DNA of 64,000 bases from assembly GCA_964486045.1 (NCBI GenBank), contig CAZALK010000004.1:96001-160000 (forward strand). Direction: 5' to 3'. This DNA is from an uncultured archaeon. GTDB lineage: Archaea > Asgardarchaeota > Lokiarchaeia > Sigyniarchaeales > SOKP01. Position 1 is the first letter of the stretch; each line of letters opens with the position of its first letter. Below, one piece after another: positions 58,629-64,000 of the stretch. The notes under the pieces are model-generated. The model searched no databases, had not been told where the DNA came from, and was given only the letters and a program-made list of their open reading frames with translations. A program made the position numbers and the translations under genes.

Positions 58629-60212
58629 GTGCTGAAAATTAGCGAAAAATTGAATTTTTTATTTATATTTACAGACCAGCAGAGATCCGATCATTTAAGT
58701 TGTTACAATAACAACATGGTTTTAAAAACACCCAACATCGATAGTATAGCTAAAGAAGGAATTAAGTTTACAAACTTCTACTGTAACAACCCAATATGTA
58801 TGCCTAATAGAAGTACAATCTTTACTGGTCAATATCCGTCAGTTCATGGAGTCACCACCAATGGAAGGAACTTACCAAAACATGCGAAAACCTTTGTCAA
58901 TATACTCTTAGAATCAGGACTTTATCACACAGCAAGTTTTGGTAAGATTCATTTGAATTACTTTGGAGCACCCTCCGGAAAATATGAAACTCCGGTTGAA
59001 AGTCAAGAATATGCTCAATCAAAAGACTACCCTAAATTAAGTAATTATTCTCCCTATTTTGGATTAAAGGAAGTTAAACTTGTTTCAGGGCATGGAACTT
59101 TTTGTGGACATCCTGATTATATCAACTGGGTAAAATCAAAAATAAAAGAGAATCCTATATTAGCGAAGCCTCTTCGGATAAAACAAAGTAACACCGATGA
59201 AATAATACAAACTAAACTTGCTATAAGTTTTGATACGAGGGATCCTTTAGGTAAGATCCAAGTTCTTAAAAATAAAGTACCAGATGAACTCTATTCGACT
59301 ACTTTTGTGAAAGAACACACAATCAACTTCTTTAAAAGATTTGCGGATGGTCAATATTCAAAGCAAAATTTTTTCGTTTTCTGTTCTTTTCCTGATCCAC
59401 ACCATCCTTATACTCCCCCAGGGAAATATTTTGATATGTACAAACCCGAAGATGTAGTTTTACCTGAATCTTTTAACGATAATCATCAGAATAGTTCAGC
59501 ATTTAATAGAAAACACTTTAATGAGTTACTAAAAAGCGAAGGTACAGAAAAAAAGATCTTCCCGATTCCTAAAGATTTGACAGAAGAAGAAGCTAAACGT
59601 GTAATTGCAGCTTCATACGGAATGGAAAAAATGATAGATGATGCGATTGGTGAAATTCTAAATTGTTTAGAAGAATGTGGTTTAGCTGATAACACAGTTA
59701 TCATTTACACTTCTGATCACGGTGACTTAGGAGGTGATCATCGGTTCTTTTTTAAGGGTCCGTTTTTATATCAAGGATTAATTAGAATTCCCTTTCTAAT
59801 TAAAGTCCCAAACGGTATTAAGGGCCAAGTTAGTGATTCATTAGTAAGCTCGATTGATATTCCTGAAACAATTTTAGAATTAAGCGGATTTAGTATTCCA
59901 AGCACCATGCAAGGAAGGAGTATGCTTCCGATCTTAAATAATTCCGCAGAAAAAATTAATGAAGAGATCTTAATAGAGATGGACGATGATCATAACAATG
60001 AAAAAACTAGAACATTAATTACTGATCATTGGAGAATTACAGTTTTTCGTAATCACGGAGAATTATATAATTTAAAGGAAGATCCCGACGAGATGAATAA
60101 TTTATGGAATAATCACTCATTTAATGGAAAAAAGCATCATCTCCTTGTAAGACTCTTGAGAAGATGTATTAATACTCAAAATTTTTCAGTAAATAGAGAT
60201 TGTGGATATTAA
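58629..60212 (+). CDS. Cys-type sulfatase
   Basis: FIFTDQQR, CMPNRSTIFTG (CxPxR), GKIH, PDPHHP, YTSDHG and ELYNLKEDPDE. Confidence 0.93.
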   Translation: MLKISEKLNFLFIFTDQQRSDHLSCYNNNMVLKTPNIDSIAKEGIKFTNFYCNNPICMPNRSTIFTGQYPSVHGVTTNGRNLPKHAKTFVNILLESGLYHTASFGKIHLNYFGAPSGKYETPVESQEYAQSKDYPKLSNYSPYFGLKEVKLVSGHGTFCGHPDYINWVKSKIKENPILAKPLRIKQSNTDEIIQTKLAISFDTRDPLGKIQVLKNKVPDELYSTTFVKEHTINFFKRFADGQYSKQNFFVFCSFPDPHHPYTPPGKYFDMYKPEDVVLPESFNDNHQNSSAFNRKHFNELLKSEGTEKKIFPIPKDLTEEEAKRVIAASYGMEKMIDDAIGEILNCLEECGLADNTVIIYTSDHGDLGGDHRFFFKGPFLYQGLIRIPFLIKVPNGIKGQVSDSLVSSIDIPETILELSGFSIPSTMQGRSMLPILNNSAEKINEEILIEMDDDHNNEKTRTLITDHWRITVFRNHGELYNLKEDPDEMNNLWNNHSFNGKKHHLLVRLLRRCINTQNFSVNRDCGY

Positions 60213-60251
60213 TAAAAAATTAATAAAAGTTGGAGAATTGATTTAAACACA

Positions 60252-61628
60252 TTAGTTAGCTTTGTTTGTTTCTTCAACTCTTGTTGGTTCTTCTTCAGTT
60301 ATTTCTGCTTTAGCTTCTAACTCTCCTTCTAATGGTTTTACTTCCTGAATTTTTATATTTCTAGAACCTAAGAAATTTTGAATATCAGACTCATCTACTT
60401 TATCAGAGTTTAAAGCGCCTCTAATTTCAAGAAATTCTTTAAAATCATTTATTAGAAGAGCTACATCTTCGGGATAAAGCTTTTTTTTCATAATAAAACC
60501 TTTTCTTTCCAAAGAGTGTTCCGCATACCACCAATAGAAGCTAACTGTAATTAAAATTATTAAGAAATTGTTAATAAGATTAATTTGATTCGCGTTTGCG
60601 AATACTCCTGTTAGAGATCCTGCTCCAGTAACCATGATAATCTGACCTGCAATATACAGAAGTGTGAACGCAAAAAGGAAGAATGGAAGATTATTTACTT
60701 TAATAATTATCGAATCATATATTTTATCACCTAAACTCTTTAAAACTAATAATGCAGTTATAATCATGAGTAATATATCTATAAGCCTCGATATTATATC
60801 CATATCAGGTGAACTTTGGATTACACCTTTTAAAGAATTCAAAAAACTGAAAGATCTGAACCATATAACAAGCCATATGAGAATGTAAAACGTTGAAGAA
60901 TAGGAATTAGAGGAACTTATTTTTTTACTCCGGTAAAACAATGTACCCAGACGCCACGAAGTGAAAATTATCACGAGTCCGATAATAAAATTGAATGCAA
61001 TAAATAAAGTTAAATCTTCTGATGTGTTATTAAAATCCTCTAAAAATCCAAAAAAAGTCCCTAACTGGAGTAAAATAGGAATAACCAATGCTAATATAAC
61101 CATTACCAAATCTACTAATTCTTTTGTTTTGCCCATTCCTAATTTATCAAGTATCTTCTCATCTGTAGTAACTGAAAGATTTTCAAAACCAATTTTTAAA
61201 TAAAAAATCTGAATCACATTCCATCCAAAATAGATGACTACGAAAATTACTGGGAGTACTACATCCCAACTTAAAAACTGTATTGCTGATTGAGTAGAAC
61301 TCCCTGCTAAAAAGTAAATTAGTATCAAAACAAAACTAATAAGGAAGTTGACTAAGAAGAATATTAACTTCCTTAGGTCAAATTTTTTTTCTGTTGAAAA
61401 GAGATACTTCTCTAATTGAGGAATTAAGCCTTCAAACATTAAAAATATAAATGTTAGAGAGAAATTGGCAACCAAAAATAAGATAACATTTCCCATAACT
61501 TGACCTGGAATAAAACTCAATAAGGCAATTAATAGGGATGATATTAAAAAAACTGTAGTGTAAAGGAAATGACTATTATTAAAGATTTTATGAAAATTTT
61601 TATCTAAAAATGCTTGAATTTTGCTCAA
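60252..61628 (-). CDS. Multi-pass membrane protein of unknown function
   Basis: About 10-11 hydrophobic segments with an acidic C-terminal tail. Confidence 0.75.
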   Translation of the reverse strand: MSKIQAFLDKNFHKIFNNSHFLYTTVFLISSLLIALLSFIPGQVMGNVILFLVANFSLTFIFLMFEGLIPQLEKYLFSTEKKFDLRKLIFFLVNFLISFVLILIYFLAGSSTQSAIQFLSWDVVLPVIFVVIYFGWNVIQIFYLKIGFENLSVTTDEKILDKLGMGKTKELVDLVMVILALVIPILLQLGTFFGFLEDFNNTSEDLTLFIAFNFIIGLVIIFTSWRLGTLFYRSKKISSSNSYSSTFYILIWLVIWFRSFSFLNSLKGVIQSSPDMDIISRLIDILLMIITALLVLKSLGDKIYDSIIIKVNNLPFFLFAFTLLYIAGQIIMVTGAGSLTGVFANANQINLINNFLIILITVSFYWWYAEHSLERKGFIMKKKLYPEDVALLINDFKEFLEIRGALNSDKVDESDIQNFLGSRNIKIQEVKPLEGELEAKAEITEEEPTRVEETNKAN

Positions 61629-61992
61629 AATATTATTCGCTCTTTTTAATATAAACGTTAAATTGTGAGTTTTATATCTAAAAAGGTATATAAATCTTCT
61701 TATTGATGGGGAATCTTTAAAAAAAAAACGAGTTGTTAAAATAGGTTTTGAATTTTTTTATTCCTTTTGAGATGTAAAATAGCAAAAATAAAGGACTTTT
61801 ATAAACTCTATAAGTGTTTTCTCTCACTGAAAATATTAAATAATGCAATTTTGGGTTTAGATTTTCTACTTTTCAATGAAAACACTTATAGTTTTACAAA
61901 AAAAACTATTATAATTCATCATGCCTAAAAGTTTATATAGGAATATCCATAATTTCAATATGATATTCTTATTTTGAATGGAATGAAAGGGT

Positions 61993-62289
61993 ATGGTTAG
62001 TAAAGTTAAAAAAGATTTAAAATCTCTCCCCAACTCCAATGTCTTAAAAAAATGTCTAACAGAGTGTGAAAAAGGAGAAGAAGTAATCGTATTATCTGTG
62101 GATGCCGATCTTAAGCAGAAAAGACGTTTAGCTAATTTGGGTATAGTTCCCGGGGCAGAAATTAAAAAAAAAAAAGATGCACCATTTAAAGGACCTTTAG
62201 AAGTCATTGTAAAAGGATCTTCTTTAGTGATCGGGAGAGGACTGGCTTCAAAAATTAAGGTACAATGCGATAAGTCCTGCAACGATTAA
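61993..62289 (+). CDS. feoA: Ferrous iron transport protein A
   Basis: RRLANLGIVPG..APFKGPL...VKGSSLVIGRGLA; upstream of feoB. Confidence 0.93.
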   Translation: MVSKVKKDLKSLPNSNVLKKCLTECEKGEEVIVLSVDADLKQKRRLANLGIVPGAEIKKKKDAPFKGPLEVIVKGSSLVIGRGLASKIKVQCDKSCND

Positions 62290-62369
62290 ACCAATATGAA
62301 ACAACCTGCCTTTATTAATAAAATTTCAGTTAAGTTTTGAAAACTTTAATTAGTTTATTATTGAGTAAA

Positions 62370-64000
62370 ATGAGTTGTCACTTACCAGAAACGGATTCAA
62401 AGATAAAAAGAAAAAACCATACAGACACAATCAATATAGCATTAGCTGGTAACCCAAACGTAGGAAAATCAGTAATCTTTAATCAGTTGACAGGGCTTAG
62501 TCAAACAATTGGAAATTGGCCAGGTAAAACAGTTGAGAAAAAGGAGGGGTATCTTGACTTTTCAGGGTATCATTTTAACATAGTTGATTTACCAGGGATT
62601 TATTCTCTTTCAACTTATACAATAGAAGAAATTGTAAGTCGGGAATATATCGTTTCTGAAGATGTTGATATCATTATTAACGTAATTGATTCGACAAATT
62701 TAGAAAGGAATTTATTCTTCACTTTTCAATTATTAGATCTCCAAATTCCAATGATTATTGCGATGAATCAAATGGATATTTTAAGAAAACGCAATATTGA
62801 TCTTGATTTTGATTTACTACAAGATCTTTTTAAATTACCTGTTCTTCCTGTTGTTGCTGTTCATGGAACAGGAGTTCATCAACTATTAGAACTAGCTATT
62901 GAAATGGTAAAAACTTCTGAAAATAACACTTTAGCTGAAAATAGTAGAATTCAAACCCCGGAATTATTACAAATTACCACATTTGGAAAAGAGGTTGAAG
63001 AAAAAGTAAGATCATTGCTTCAGAGCATAATGGACAGTCCTACAAAAGATAAAAATAATTTTCATTATTCTCCCCGTTTCTTAGCAATAAAATTATTAGA
63101 GAATGATGAAGAAATTCTAAAGTTACTCAGTATAAATAACGAATTTAAGGAAACTATAATATTAGCTAACGAATATCGAACGCAATTAGAAGATTACCAT
63201 GGAGAGGATATACACACAATTTTATCCTCAGAAATTTATCAAAATATTAATACTATCATTGAAAGCGTAGTGAAAATCAAATCTCACAAGGAATTAAAGA
63301 AAGTTTCAATTGCTGACAAATTAGATCATTTAACCACGCATTCTGTTTTTGGATATGTTATATTAATTTTAGTGTTAATTGGAATTTACATGTTCACTTT
63401 CGCGATTGGAGACTTCCTCGGCAGACTAATTGATGGTTTATATAAAAATTGGAGTGAAGTGATACATTCCGTTTCCGGGGAGAGTAATTTTTTGATCAAT
63501 ATATTCTGGGACGGTGCCGTGGGAGGATTTTTTGGGGGTTTAGCTGGTGTTTTAGTTTATGTTATTCCTTTCTTTTTTGTGATTGAGATTTTACAAGATT
63601 CTGGTTATCTACCACGAGCAGCATTTCTTATGGATAGAATGATGCATGCGATAGGTGTACATGGAAAAACAGTTATTACTATGATTCTTGGGTTTGGGTG
63701 TAACGTTCCAGCGTGTATGGGGTGTCGAATTATGGAGACTGAAAGAGAGAAAAAAATCTCAATAGCTTTAACATCTCTCGTGCCATGTGCTGCAGCGATG
63801 ACTGTAGTTATGGGTTTAGTTGGACGTTATTTAGGTTTAAGTTGGGTTTTAATTCTATTTGTGATTAATTTTTCTGTTATTTTACTTGTTGGCAAGATTT
63901 TAAATAAAATAATGCCTGGAAAGTGTACTGAATTAATTATGGAAATGCATGAGTATAGAATGCCTAACTTCAACGTAATCTTTAAACAAACATGGATGAG
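62370..64000 (+). CDS. feoB: Ferrous iron transport protein B (3' end beyond window; absent from ORF track)
   Basis: Hand translation from ATG 62370: IALAGNPNVGKS, GNWPGKTVE, DLPGIYSL, NLERNL, NQMD, DSGYLPRAAF and LGFGCNVPA. Confidence 0.96.
   Translation, partial: MSCHLPETDSKIKRKNHTDTINIALAGNPNVGKSVIFNQLTGLSQTIGNWPGKTVEKKEGYLDFSGYHFNIVDLPGIYSLSTYTIEEIVSREYIVSEDVDIIINVIDSTNLERNLFFTFQLLDLQIPMIIAMNQMDILRKRNIDLDFDLLQDLFKLPVLPVVAVHGTGVHQLLELAIEMVKTSENNTLAENSRIQTPELLQITTFGKEVEEKVRSLLQSIMDSPTKDKNNFHYSPRFLAIKLLENDEEILKLLSINNEFKETIILANEYRTQLEDYHGEDIHTILSSEIYQNINTIIESVVKIKSHKELKKVSIADKLDHLTTHSVFGYVILILVLIGIYMFTFAIGDFLGRLIDGLYKNWSEVIHSVSGESNFLINIFWDGAVGGFFGGLAGVLVYVIPFFFVIEILQDSGYLPRAAFLMDRMMHAIGVHGKTVITMILGFGCNVPACMGCRIMETEREKKISIALTSLVPCAAAMTVVMGLVGRYLGLSWVLILFVINFSVILLVGKILNKIMPGKCTELIMEMHEYRMPNFNVIFKQTWM

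Noticed and set aside
61850-61945. DtxR/Fur box upstream of feoAB
   Set aside because: Only half-site matches (GCCTAA, TTAG-N5-CTAC), which is insufficient
292-62282. Many short ORF-track entries antisense to or nested in long genes (e.g. 1982-2461, 3493-3750, 17655-17972, 38274-38588, 61866-62282)
   Set aside because: Shadow frames of well-supported genes, with no motifs or independent start signals
1-64000. CRISPR array, tRNA/rRNA, IS element or provirus
   Set aside because: No regularly spaced repeats, RNA-gene-like GC-rich blocks, transposase, integrase or capsid genes recognised by eye; tRNAscan, Infernal and geNomad would be needed to exclude them formally

Overview
AT-rich, gene-dense chromosomal window, most likely from an Asgard archaeon of the Lokiarchaeia type. 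This is an inference from a Rab-like GTPase lacking a prenylation tail, a FAM92/CIBAR-like BAR protein, GGTGA/GGAGG ribosome-binding sites, TATA-like boxes and T-tract terminators. Most of the window is metabolic or housekeeping: NDP-forming acyl-CoA synthetase, Hsp90, MFS permeases, LLM/SDR/OYE/nitronate oxidoreductases, a sulfatase and feoAB. It also carries several bacterial-type DNA repair genes (NAD-dependent ligA, mutM, a nuclease-fused DinG/XPD) and four PIN-type toxin-antitoxin loci. Two loci stand out. (1) 11.5-16.9 kb is a candidate undescribed defence island: a HeH/coiled-coil/wHTH protein, an AAA+/STAND-like ATPase fused to an Mrr-like nuclease and a wHTH, an unannotated 47-aa DNRSN-repeat microprotein, and a NERD-SF1 helicase. 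(2) 18.7-26.8 kb is a 7-gene YehL-type MoxR/DUF5682/VWA/SWIM operon whose first and last genes end in the same 15-aa motif (EWRPVxxxPEDFxAx), suggesting a docking tag or decoy. Also found: an internally deleted copy of the acyl-CoA synthetase gene bracketing hsp90, a high-GC phosphotransferase overlapping the end of an MFS gene, a DinG helicase flanked by mirrored TA pairs, and a zone of decayed genes. No rRNA, tRNA, CRISPR array or transposase was recognised. All family assignments come from motif recognition by eye, not from database searches.
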